This document shows positions 52,620 to 64,000 of a stretch of 64,000 bases of DNA, in pieces. Below the pieces are notes generated by a model. The model worked only from the letters and a program-made list of their open reading frames with translations, made no database searches and had not been told where the DNA came from. The DNA lies in contig NC_043013.1 of assembly GCF_006345805.1 (NCBI RefSeq), forward strand, positions 37,944,001-38,008,000, read 5' to 3'. Position 1 is the stretch's first letter. Each line of letters starts with the position of its first letter. This DNA comes from Octopus sinensis. Taxonomy: Eukaryota. The translations under genes and the position numbers were made by a program.

Positions 52620-53010
52620 TTTACTCTCCGTTTTTTTTTTTTGATTGTTTCAGTCATTTGATTGCGGCCATTCTGGAGCACCTCCTTTAGTCGAGCAAAT
52701 CGACCCCAGGACTTATTCTTCGGAAGCTTAGTCCTTATTCTATCGGTCTCTTTTGCCGAACCGCTAAGTTACGGGGATGTAAACACACCAGCATCGGTTG
52801 TCAAGCGGTGTTGGGGGGGACAAACACAGACACACAAACATATACACACATATACATATATATATATACATATATACGACGAGATTCTTTCAGTTTCCGC
52901 CTACCAAATCCACTCACAGGGCTTTGGTCGGCCCAAGGCTATAGTAGAAGACAATTGTCCAAGGTGCCACGCAGTGGGAATGAACCTGGAAACATGTGGT
53001 TGGTAAGCAA
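52620..53010 (-). mobile_element. Family B SINE, near full length
   Basis: Diagnostic blocks as in the other family B copies. Confidence 0.9.
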
Positions 53011-53857
53011 TCTACCGCATATTTATTTTATTTTTGCAGTAAGTGTAGCGACACTAACGCCCCCCTCCCCCTGTTGCTTTTGTGGAACGACTCAGGGTTT
53101 TTAGTTGATGTGTAAGGTAAGATTGTTTCGTCGTCAACAAGGACAGGTGCTTGTCGATCTAGAACTTACAACTTCGAATAACGAACCACTCTCAGCTTTG
53201 CGTAAATGTTACGTGTACGTATACACAAGTAGGTATGCGTCTGTTTGGAGGACAGAAGTGGGAGTGAGGCCACAGAGGACAGAGAGGGCAGAAAGTATAT
53301 ATATTTGTGCACGCGCGGGAGTATGTTTTGTAGTCTGTGTGCGTATGTATAATGTATACACGCAATTTTTTTTTTTGTCGTTGTTTTGTTTGTAATTTTT
53401 ATCTGCTTTGTTTAAATACAAAACACGAAATATCTTTACCCCCAGAAAGCATGTTTCGGACTAGTCGTCTCCGGTCTTACAATTGATTTTTTTCTTTTTC
53501 ATATCGACAACGTCATCAGAATCGATGAGGTCATACAAGGAGGAACTTATTGAAATGTTTGACTCGCCCGTAAACCTGTAAAACATTTTGAATAAAACAC
53601 AATCGTTTCATTATATACATTACGACTGTATCTTAACTTTTGTTCCTGTATGTCACCTCTCGTACCCAACCACCGTCTCTCTCCCCCTCTCTCCCCTCTC
53701 TCTCTCTCTCTCTGCTTGTGTTATTTATTTATCATTTCTTTTCTCTTTTGTAACCTATCTCGATATTTTTAATTGTACCCCTTGATTTCGTTTCTACTAG
53801 TGTCAGTTACGCGTACAATAATGTAAGCGTATTACGTATATATATATATATATATAT

Positions 53858-53901
<44 letters not shown>

Positions 53902-54736
53902 TGTGTGTGTATTTCCGTTTTTACCTCTTTTCCTTCTTTTGTGTGTATGTTACCGAATTCATTTATTTGTGAATGTCTATATATTTATGAAAGCATATGC
54001 GTGTCTGTATATATATATATATATATATATCTATATATATATATATATATATATATGCATGTACATGCATTTAGGTGTGAGTGATTGTATATATGTATAT
54101 AAGGATGTACGTATATATGCAGTTATGAATGCATGTATGTATGTATGTATGTATGTATGTATGTATGTATGTATGTATGTATGCATGTATTTATGTATGT
54201 AGTATGTATGCATGTATGTATGTATGTATTATTCAACACAACTGAAAATGTCAGTGTTTTCTAAAAGTCATTGTTAGAAAATACAGTGAATTTATATGAT
54301 TGTATATCCTTTAGTTATTAACACACCTGAACAAGGCCGAATACTATTTCCAGCAGCAAACGAAGGCCTGAATATATGATACGACCAAAAAATAATGTGC
54401 CGACCCGAAATCCCAAATAGGAATGTTATGCATTAAACTTCAAGTCTTTAACTTACAATAATAAATTATTTTCCAAACATTACTTTGGATTGTCCGAAAC
54501 GTGAGAAATAGGCTGCTTCTGAGACAGGGTGAAGAAAAAGCAATATACTGCAGTAACGGCGGAAAAACTACGTTTTTAGAAAGGATATTTGAGCGTAAAT
54601 TCGAAATCTGAAATGAATCTGAAGGAGAAAGGGAGAATTTGTATCTCATGTAGAAGAAAATAGACTAATTTCTCATATTAACACAAAACTATAGGTTTGT
54701 TGTTATGGCTACCGTAAACAAGGGCAACAACTCCAT

Positions 54737-54975
54737 CATCATCATCATCATCATCATTGTTCGACCGTGGTCGAGACAATGGAATTTACCATGCAACGCC
54801 AGACTTCACGGTCCATCATGGCATTACGGATGTCCTATAGCTGGATGCCTGTATCCCTGGAGATTACATCAGGGTAGGAGAGTGTGCGCCCTCTGGTATT
54901 GCGAGTAGATGGCTTCCAGAGGAGAAGAGTAGAAATTACTTCTTTTTCAACTCTACAACAATGTCCAGCAAACTG
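54737..54975 (-). mobile_element. Second copy of the RTE-like LINE 3' end
   Basis: Reverse complement aligns with 2130-2385, including the terminal hairpin and (GAT)n tail. Confidence 0.85.
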
Positions 54976-55519
54976 GACTCTCCTACCTTTCACAACTTCA
55001 TGCTGTCGGTGTTATTGTTTTGATTGTTTGGGTTACTGAGATCTCAAAGCCTTGACCATCGGACAGTAGCAAGAAATAAACCATCCACTTTGGTTGCAGG
55101 ATTATTGCCTTTGGAAAGCAGAAAGATAAGAACTCATTACTCTCATATATGTCGCTCTAGCTTATAGTAATGAACTGTATACGTTCCCTTGGAGCCATCT
55201 AGCTGGGGTGTGTTAATCCAAAACAATTTTGTATAGAAATGAACGCAGTGGTACCTTGCTTTTTCAACATTCGATTAGTAATATTTTCAAATGTAGGTAC
55301 AAGTCTGGAATGTTGTGAGGAAGAGGTTAATCAATTACATCGACCCCAGTATGTGACTGGTGCTTATTTTATCGATCCCCATGGATGAAAGGCAAAGCTG
55401 ACTGCGGTGGAATTTGAATTCAGAAGGTAAACGTGAAACAAATGCCGCTAAGCATTTTACCTGGTGTGTTAACCATTCTACCAGTTCACCGCTATTAAAT
55501 ACTCGATAAATAGCGATTT

Positions 55520-55910
55520 TGAAATTGCTGGCCTCGTGCCAAAGGAAGGACTAGTCAATTACATTGACCCCCCCCCCAGTGTTCAATTCGTACTTATTTT
55601 ATCGTCCCCGAAAGGATGAAACGCAAAGTCGACCTCGGCGGAATTTGAACCCAGAACGTAGCGGCAGGCGAAATACCTATTTCTTTACTTCCCACAAGGG
55701 CTAAACACAGAGGGTACAAAGAAGGACAGACAAACGGATTAAGTCGATTATATCGACCCCAGTGCGTAACTGGTACATATTTAATCGAGTGTACGCAAGG
55801 GTGAAAGCAAAGTCGACCTCGGCGGGATTTGAACTCAGAACTTAGTGGCAGACGAAATACTGCTAAGCATTTCGCCCGGTGTGCTAACAATTCTGCCAAC
55901 TCGTTGCATT
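55520..55910 (-). mobile_element. Family A SINE, dimeric (another degenerate copy at ~55320-55500)
   Basis: Junction gaaatacctatttctttact at ~55671-55690. Confidence 0.85.
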
Positions 55911-56131
55911 AAACACCCGATAAATAATGCCGATTGTGTTCGCAAGATTGTATGAGGTTGATTTGGGAGAGGAAATTCATGCTTGTATTAAGCTGAAAAT
56001 ACGTTTGTTCTGCAGAACCAGTGAGTCTTGTGAAATGAAGAATTTTCAACACTTTGTGATTGTGAGTAATTATATGGAACAAGTTTCATTCTAACCATGG
56101 GTACAGTGCAGATTACAACGTAGTGTAAAAA

Positions 56132-56387
56132 TAAATAAATGCGCCCTTTTAAATCCTAGCCAGGCTCATGTGCCCAGTTTCCCGGTTTCAATGGTGTATG
56201 TGTTCCCCAGCTGGACGGGACGCCAGTCCATCGCAGCGTTACTCATTTTTGTCATCTGAGTGAACTGGAGCAACGTGAAATGAAGTGTTTTGCTCAATAA
56301 CACAACGCATCGCCCGGTCCAGGAATCGAAACTACAATCTTACGATCATGGTGCTGACATCCTAACCACTAAGCCACGCACCTCCAC
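56132..56387 (-). mobile_element. tRNA-derived SINE, family D, with 17-bp TSD
   Basis: Head gtggaggtgcgtggcttagtggttagg..ttcgattcctggac; TSD acaacgta(g/c)tgtaaaaa at 56115-56131 and 56388-56404. Confidence 0.88.
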
Positions 56388-56789
56388 ACAACGTACTGTA
56401 AAAAGTATTAAATCGACAATCTGGAAACGGAAACAGAGGGACGAAAAATGAAAGGTAACAAGTAGAGATGACAATGAGTAAGAAATAAAAAAAAAATGCG
56501 AACGAATGATAGAAAAAGCAAATGTGTAAGTTTACTATTGTTTATAGCTCCGGCTAAATCCAGATTTATCTTTTTCTTTACTCAGACATTAGCTAGCCAG
56601 AATTACATTGTTGAATGTATCCTTCCATTTTAAAGACATTACTGAGTATATTTAGGGGTGTTTTGCTTTTTAGCAGGCTGAGCTATTCCGTTCAAGATCT
56701 CTTTTTTTTCTCCATATGTAAACTTTGCGACACAAATGTAAACATGTGCAATTTAATATCACCCACCAGCCGATCTCGCGTTCAAACGT

Positions 56790-59190
56790 TTCTGACATTC
56801 TGAAAGAAGATATTCAGATGAAGATCATCTTGTCGAAAGAACGGCAGGTTTCACATTATTCTTGGTTGGGAAGCTGAAGGGAGAGAAAAGGGAAGGAGTA
56901 TTGGGTTTGCAATTAGAAGTGATTTGCTTAAAGACCTAGAACACACACAAAGCATAAATACATACATAATGAAACACCGGATGCCTCTTTCCTGTGGACG
57001 TTTTGTAACTGTTTTCTCTATGTTCCTGCACTTTCAGCTAGTGAGGAAAATAGCCATGCATTTTATGAGGAGCTTAGAAGAAGTATTCCGTCTGCCCCTT
57101 TGAATGAGAAGTTGGTTGTGCTTGGTGACTTTAATGCACATGATGGTAGGGACTATGGTGCTTGGAATGTACTTGGGCGTTATGGAATAGGAAAGTCGAA
57201 CAACAATGGGTTGCATCTTCTACAAATGTTGGGAATACTTTCTTTCATCATAAGATGAAGCAAGGTTACCTGGATTCACCCAAGATCAAAGCAAGGCCAC
57301 AAGATTAACTTTGTATTAACTCGGAAAGCTGACTTAGAAGATGTGTGCAGTCTCAGAGTATTGCGAAGTGCTAATAGTGATACTGATCACAAAATGGTTA
57401 GGGCCCAAGTTCCAGTTCAGGGTCCGTAAGAAGATTCGTAGCGCAGGTGTACGATTACCAAAGAAAATTGATGTAGAGCAGCTAAAACAACCACAAGTTT
57501 TGCAGTTGCTTCAGAAGAGATGCAGCAATGTTCATTTTGAAAGTTCATGGCAAACTTTCCATGATGGAGTATATAAAATGGGATCAGAGATGTTAGGTTT
57601 TAAGAGGAGACAACACCAAGACTGGTTTGACTCCAATTATACAGTGATAAATTTACTTTTAGCAACAAAGAGGTCCACTCATGAAAAGCTTCTTGATCCA
57701 AACGTTAAGAACAAAGTGCAACTAGAAAATTTGTACAAGTCTCAGGAAGCAGACTTGCAAAAAGAACTCAGGAGGTTTGAAGACACTTGGTGGAGAAATT
57801 TGTCTGAGGAAGAACAGGCAGCCTATAACGGGAAAGACATTAACGGTCTCTATAGTTTATTGCGGCAAGCTTTTGGACCGCAATCTTCATCATCATATGT
57901 TCCCTTGAAGTTGAAAGATGGAAATGAGGTTATTAAAGATCCTCCTGGAATAATGAATAGATGGAGAGAACACTTTGCAGATCTTTTCCACGGTCCGTCT
58001 GTAGTGAACTTGGAAATCATAAACAATATTCCGCAAAGAAAGATAGTGTAACACATGGATAATACACCTTCCATTGAAGAAGTAAATCTAGCATTATGTA
58101 AACTGAGATCAGGTAAAGCTCCTGGATTGGATGGCATTCCAGTTGAAATTCTGAAAGCAGGTGTAGATTATATTTCATCTGAAATTCATTATCTGATAAC
58201 TCGAGTTTGGAATGAATCTTCTGTGCCACAAGAATAAATAAATGGCATTCTAATCTTTGTATACAAGGATAAGGGCCCGAAAGCAGTGTGTGGTAATTCT
58301 GGAGGGATAACTCTTCTGGCACATACCGGGAAGACACTTTCAAGGATCATGTTAGATCGTCTTGTTGAGAATGTGTGTCCACATGTGATTCCTGAAAATA
58401 GTGCGGTTTCAGACTTGAGCAAAGGACAATGGACATGGTATTTTCTGTGAGGCAGGTTTAAGAGAAATGCTTAGAGTAACATATGCCACAATACCAGGTC
58501 TTCATAGATTTCACTAAGGCATTTGACACGGTAAACAGGGAGGCGCTGTGGATTGTTTTGTGTAAACTTGGTTGTCCAACACATTTTGTGAGCATTTATA
58601 AGGAACTACACAGAAATATGAAAGATCAGGTAGTCTTTAACGTTGAGCTATCTCTTGATTTTACGGTGGATAACGATATCAAACAGGGGATTATTCCTGC
58701 CCCTACACTTTTCTCTATTTATTTTGCTGTATTACTTTGTTATACTTTCAAGGATTGGAACAGGGGAATCGGAATCAGATATCACACATCTGATCGTATT
58801 TTTAATTTGACCCGGTTTAACTGCAAAGCAAAGACTTTCAAAATACTTGTTAGAGAATTACTTTATGGTGATGATGCTGATTTGTTGGCACATTCAGAAG
58901 GAATATGCAACATTTAATGGACAGATTTTCCACTGCATGTGAACATTTCGGACTCACAATTAGTTTGGGGAAAACAAAGTAATGTTTACTCCCATGCCAG
59001 GACAAACATATTTTGAACCAAACTTTTTTGTGAATGGAACAAGGTTAGAAGTCGATGACATCTTTGTTTACCTAGGAAGCACACTCTCAAGAGATGGTAG
59101 TCTTGATGCAGAGATATACTATCGAATAGGGAAGGCAAGTGCAACATTTGGAAAGCTTGAAAATCGAGTATGGGCAGATGTTTTGGAGGG
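56790..59190 (+). mobile_element. Decayed RTE-clade LINE (AP endonuclease plus RT), multiple stops and frameshifts
   Basis: LVVLGDFNAH (~57110), TWIHPRSK, DTDH, LRSGKAPGLDGIPVEILK (58055 ORF), VFIDFTKAFDTVNR, KQG..APTLFSIYF, LLYGDDADL (YADD-like), [12 protein letters not shown]. Confidence 0.92.
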
Positions 59191-59289
59191 TTTTGTTTAG
59201 AAGAGAACATTGTTTTTTGTTGTTTTTTTTAGGTGAGGTTCCATGACAATGGAGGTGGATAGATAGAAATATAGGTAGGTAGATAGGCT

Positions 59290-59367
<78 letters not shown>

Positions 59368-60242
59368 GGGAGAAAGAGAGAAGGGGTGTCCCCCGTCCTA
59401 TTCACCATTCATCTATTTATCAATATATTTAGTCCTCGAATGGGTTTAAGGATGATGACCTCTTAAAAAATACAGGTGTGGTTTGGTCATCAGTGAAAGT
59501 CATTTTGCTCTTTTTTTCTCTTTTCCCCCTTTTCCTTCTTTTTTCCCTCTTTCTTTCGTTTTCTTTGAGTTATATTTAGAATACAAAATGTACTGTTACT
59601 CCTTCCAAAACGTTAAGTTTTGGAGGGAATTTTTTGATAAAATGAAGTTAAAATGTACTGTCTCGCTTTTCTTTCAAACGTCCAATTTTGGAGAGAATTT
59701 TTATCAAATGTAGGTCCATTGCTTTTCGGTATTGCGGATCGCAGCGTATACATTTGTTAAAGGGAAAAATTTTGAATTTTCCGTCGCTGCATATTTCCAG
59801 ATGCTTACTAAATGGAATCTTGCGTAGTTCCTCTTGTCGGATATGTTGCCTTTGGATTCTTGCACGTTGGCAGAGGGAATTATTTTACGGCCTATTTTGA
59901 ACATTTTTATGGAAACAGTTTAAACACAAAACCTCTCTTAACATTTTCTTATCAGTGTCAAACACTCTACCACTGTATTTTAATACATCTATCTTAATTA
60001 ATTTTTAACACCACAAAGTCTGCACAAAGACTTGCACTTTAATTTTGAAAATCTGTTTTTCTTTTAGAAATGGGAAATCGGTCAAGTCAATAAACATCTT
60101 TAAAAGACCTCTACATTTTCAAATTCGTGCAGTACCTTCCAATTTTACTTTGTTATATGTATATATATATTATATATATATATATATAATATATATATAT
60201 TATATATATAATATATATATATATATAATATATATATATATA

Positions 60243-60642
60243 TATTGTTATATTTCGGAATGGTCATTTTGCCAGTTTAGCCAATAAAAACACACGCACT
60301 ATATATTTGGTGTTACTTTGCTTCAGTGTTATTTATTTTTTACATTAATCTTAATCTTATTTCGGCCAGAGTTCTTTCGTCACACTCCTGTGACCGCATC
60401 AGTGGTCCTTTGTTTTCTTCTTTCTTACTTGTGTCTCTCCTTACTAACCGTCAGCCATTTTGTATTTCTATTGTATGTCGCCATTTGCGCATGCTTATAT
60501 CTGTATGTGCGTCTATGTTTATTTAGTGTGTGTGTAGGGGGATGCCTGTAATATTTGTATCTTCTGTTTATATACGTTCATGTAATTTGTTTTTGTAAAA
60601 AATAAATAACACTGAAGCAAAGTAACACGAAATATAACAATA
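60243..60642. mobile_element. (TA)n-anchored fold-back element (arms ~60303-60344 / 60594-60635)
   Basis: gtgttactttgcttcagtgttatttattttttaca and its reverse complement; the 60243-60300 end is related to 37915-37990 (inverted). Confidence 0.8.
60364..60408 (-). ncRNA. Minimal type I hammerhead-like motif (core A9->C)
   Basis: GGACCA-CUGAUGC-G-GUCAC AGGAGU GUGAC-GAAA-GAAC-UC-UGGCC. Confidence 0.65.
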
Positions 60643-60761
60643 TCTGTTTCAACACAGGACTTCACATAAAAAATCTTGCACAACAAATATATATATATAT
60701 ATACGGAGATGTACTCGCATAGCAAGTAATTTGATCTGAGATCGTGTGCTGAAACGAAAAC

Positions 60762-60933
60762 AATTGCAGCGTGGAAGGTGTTTATAAGCCATTTAAGAAA
60801 CACACAAAAGCCGTTCGATTCACTTCAACATTAAGCTTAATTTAAAATTAAACTTAAACTTAAATGTTGAAGTGAATCGAACGGCTTTTGTGTGTTTCTT
60901 AAATGGCTTATAAACACCTTCCACGCTGCAATT
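60762..60933. repeat. Perfect 71-bp inverted repeat with 30-bp spacer
   Basis: Arms 60762-60832 and 60863-60933 are exact reverse complements by inspection. Confidence 0.95.
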
Positions 60934-60934
60934 T

Positions 60935-60969
<35 letters not shown>

Positions 60970-61264
60970 ATATATATGTGTGTGTGTGTGTATATATATA
61001 TATATACACAAACACACGCGCACTCTCTCACACACACACACATACACATATATACACACACGCACAAACACATATATAAATACAGAGAGGGAGAGATGGT
61101 GGGCAGGCGGCGAGATGATAATTTTGAGAATTCTTTCCCGGATCTTTGCGATCCGATTTCAAATCGTTGGAAGAAATTGTTGGAAAGAAACAATGCTAGT
61201 AACAATAACCAGGGAGTAGTGGGTAGAGTAGATTAAGAGCTTCGAACACTTAAAACGACGTTTA

Positions 61265-61434
61265 CCTTCTATACATAATATACATAATGAAACGATCGTA
61301 GTGTTTTACTCTTTATCTTTTATTAAACTTTTAATACATTTGATAAATATTTAAAATAATATAAATTAATTAATTTTATGTATTGGCTTATGTTTTTCAT
61401 TGTTTGATTTACCTAATAGTGGTTTTATCCCTAA

Positions 61435-61440
<6 letters not shown>
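61265..61440 (+). mobile_element. Partial copy of the 46138-47135 family with a 3' half hammerhead motif
   Basis: gaaacgatcgtagtgttttactctttatc.. (61289) and ..atgtattggcttatgtttttcattgtttgatttacctaatagtgg, then (TA)n. Confidence 0.7.
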
Positions 61441-61506
<66 letters not shown>

Positions 61507-61555
61507 CTATATATATATACATATATATCTATATCTATCTATCTATCTATCTATC

Positions 61556-61586
<31 letters not shown>

Positions 61587-61648
61587 TATACATTCATATA
61601 TATATGTATAAATATATATAATATATATGTATATATAATATATATGTA

Positions 61649-61714
<66 letters not shown>

Positions 61715-62350
61715 TATTATATTATATATATATATATACATATATATATAAACACATATATAATGTGTCTATAGCGCGACAGAGAATGTGAGTGGGATAA
61801 TTAGAGAATGAATCCACTGGAGCGCAAAAGTGTTTTGAATTGATTCTGCTTTATGCGACGTCCAAGGTGATTAAGTATTTTTCTATGCGCTCATGCTTTC
61901 TATGTGTTATTATTCTCGGAGTATGTATATGTTCTTTATGATTTTTGCTTTGCCCCTCTTGGGTTGATGTGTGCGTATGTATCTCTGCGTTTGTATGTTT
62001 GCATGTGTGTGTGCGTGTGTGTGGGTGGGTGGGTGGGTGTACGTCTCTGTTCGTATGTGTGTATGTGTGTACGTGAATACCTGCGAGTTTATGAGTAATT
62101 GTTTACAAATGTTTGCTATATTGCACCAATGAATAAGTCACGACAAAATGGCGAATAAAGAGCAGTAATATTTGCTGTTATTGTTTAAAACCTAGGTCAA
62201 TCATAAAGAGACCGGGCGTATAACCAATGGCATCTTAAATCTCAACATGCTACAGTTTTGTAAAATTTGCTTAGTTATATGCAGAAATAAATCATCTAAT
62301 CTACCTGTAATTTTCATTGTTGCGGAATTCCTTTTAACGATATATAGATA

Positions 62351-62549
62351 TCCAGAGGTAATGCAGTACGATCGTTTCATGCAACTTCATTTAATTGAAC
62401 AATGCAATCATTACATCAATTTAAAATGCAGACCAATCTTCAGCTGCACAATGATATAGAAGATTGCTCTACATTTTAGACTGATGTAATGATTGCATTG
62501 TTGAATTAATTGGAGTTGCATGAAACGATCGTACTGCATTACCTCTGGA
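62351..62549. repeat. ~200-bp imperfect palindrome (arms 62351-62441 / 62459-62549)
   Basis: tccagaggtaatgcagtacgatcgtttcatgcaac.. and its reverse complement, with a 17-nt spacer. Confidence 0.9.
62362..62448 (-). ncRNA. Type I hammerhead-like motif, intact core, long stem II
   Basis: UGCAG-CUGAAGA-(58 nt, partly paired)-GAAA-CGAUCG-UA-CUGCA: perfect 5-bp stem I and palindromic ACGAUCGU stem III. Confidence 0.7.
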
Positions 62550-63029
62550 GATCCTTGTTGCTTATTTTGATATATATATATATATATATAAGCCATTTCT
62601 AGTGGCCGATCGCGATAAGGTAATTTACATAACATAATTTATAAAGGATAAATTTATGGTTTCATGAATTATTTAAGTATATTATCACATAAGTTAATTT
62701 AAATGCACATAATCATATATTTTTCTTCATCAATCCACGTAAGAAAACCTTTCAATAAATGTATGATGAAACGTAGTACATATGTATATACTTCCAAAAT
62801 TGCGGTGCGTCGAAAACACAGCATATACTGTAATTATAATACAATAACTAATTAAGACAGTTACCATATGTTTCATCTAAAAAGTAGGCCCTATTCGTGC
62901 TTTGATAATACAGGATGTTCCGTTTAAATTTGACAGTTTGTATGAAAGGAAAAGGAAATACACAATCATTAAAAATTAAAAGTATTTTTAAAAATCGAAA
63001 ATATCAACTTCATTATTGCAGTGAGATAA

Positions 63030-63420
63030 CCGCTTACTCAAAGTAGTCGCCCTCAGCTTCTACTACAGCCTCAAAAGGTTTCTTGATACTGGCACATATT
63101 TCTGATTTTGGTCTGAGAAAGATCTTCGAGCACGTCTTTATCTTGGCCACCTCTTCGGGTTTGGTGTTGCAGGCAGAGCAGTTTGTGTATTTCTCAACTG
63201 CACCCCATGCATAAAAATTCATAGGATTAGAATCGAGGGAGTTAGTACGACACAAATTGGAGCTGATGTAGTCGTAGAAATTCTCCAGCAACTTCTGACT
63301 TTTTCCGGGGGTATGGCAAAAAGCCGAATCCTACTGTAATGCATAGAGTAGCTATCCCCTCCAGTCATGAATTGACCAGTTTCCAGCAGTTTCACATAGC
63401 TGCCTGTATTAGGATCAACC
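63030..63420 (-). mobile_element. Decayed Tc1/mariner-superfamily transposase C-terminus (maT/DD37D-like)
   Basis: Q*DSAFCHT (~63320-63345) and NSLDSNPMNFYAWGAVEK..CNTK..AVVEAEGDYFE (63034-63291). Confidence 0.75.
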
Positions 63421-63714
63421 CAGGTGTGCAGACGCAGTCAGAACCCCTACTGTGTCGCTTTCTACAGGTCACGGCGTCGTAGTCTCCATTGCAGCCTTCC
63501 ATGTCGCGTCTTACAGCGTTTACAGGTCCACAGATATAATTTTGATAACCGGCACGAATCATCAGGATAGAGGTAAGCTTTTATTCCAGTTGTCGGATAA
63601 CTTCCAGTCCTCCATATCCGCTAACTTATTCTCAATAGCAACTTTACAAATTTAATTATTATGCTGTTCAACGCCGTTGACTGGAAATAATACATCAAAC
63701 AGTTAATAAAAAAA

Positions 63715-63963
63715 TAAATGCGCCTATTTAAAGCCTAGCCAGGCTCATGGACCCGGTTTCCCGGTTTCAATGGCGTATGTGTTCCCCAGCTGGACGGGAC
63801 GCCAGTCCATCGCAGCGTTACTCACTTTTGCCAGCTGAGTGGACTGGAGCAAGGTGAAATGAAGTGTTTTGCTCAAGAATACAACTCGGCGCCCAGTCCA
63901 GGAATCGAAACTACAATCTTACGATCATGATGCTGACACCCAAATCACTAAGCCACGCCCCTC
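63715..63963 (-). mobile_element. Family D SINE, followed by the start of an adjacent copy at 63966-64000
   Basis: Near-identical to 56132-56387. Confidence 0.88.
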
Positions 63964-64000
63964 CATTTGCGCCCTTTCAAAGCCTAGCTAGACTCATGGG

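Noticed and set aside
53485-53525. Minus-strand CUGAUGA..GAAA
   Set aside because: No U16.1/H17 site or stem III follows GAAA; better explained as a simple hairpin. The same applies to 59455-59492.

Overview
Repeat-dominated, AT-rich animal genomic DNA with no confidently callable host protein-coding gene. The microsatellite load (TA, CA, TATG, AGAT, AAT, GAT, GGT) and the tRNA-derived SINE families resemble octopus/coleoid cephalopod DNA (inference from recalled repeat sequences, not verified). Nearly all ORFs in the supplied track are microsatellite translations. Recognisable content: several SINE families, RTE and L1/Tx1-type LINE remnants, Tc1/mariner fragments and MITEs, non-autonomous Helitrons (one with STPR-like 23-aa repeats), a decayed Penelope-like element (RT C-terminus plus GIY-YIG) and several fold-back inverted repeats. 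Most interesting: (1) a dispersed set of type I hammerhead-ribozyme motifs. One is fully canonical (29546-29641, minus); others have an intact or single-variant core (46441-46544, 51753-51787, 60364-60408, 62362-62448). They sit in short elements, in most cases with a (TA)n tract 3' of the ribozyme, and several are inside fold-backs, suggesting a Penelope-dependent, (TA)n-targeting ribozyme retroelement system. (2) A 1547-bp ORF1-only ('half-LINE') retroposon with an exact 16-bp TSD, inserted into the tRNA-like head of a SINE. (3) A LINE 3' end inserted at the apex of a ~240-bp palindrome. All protein and RNA calls are by-eye motif recognition, and most coordinates of degenerate repeats are approximate.
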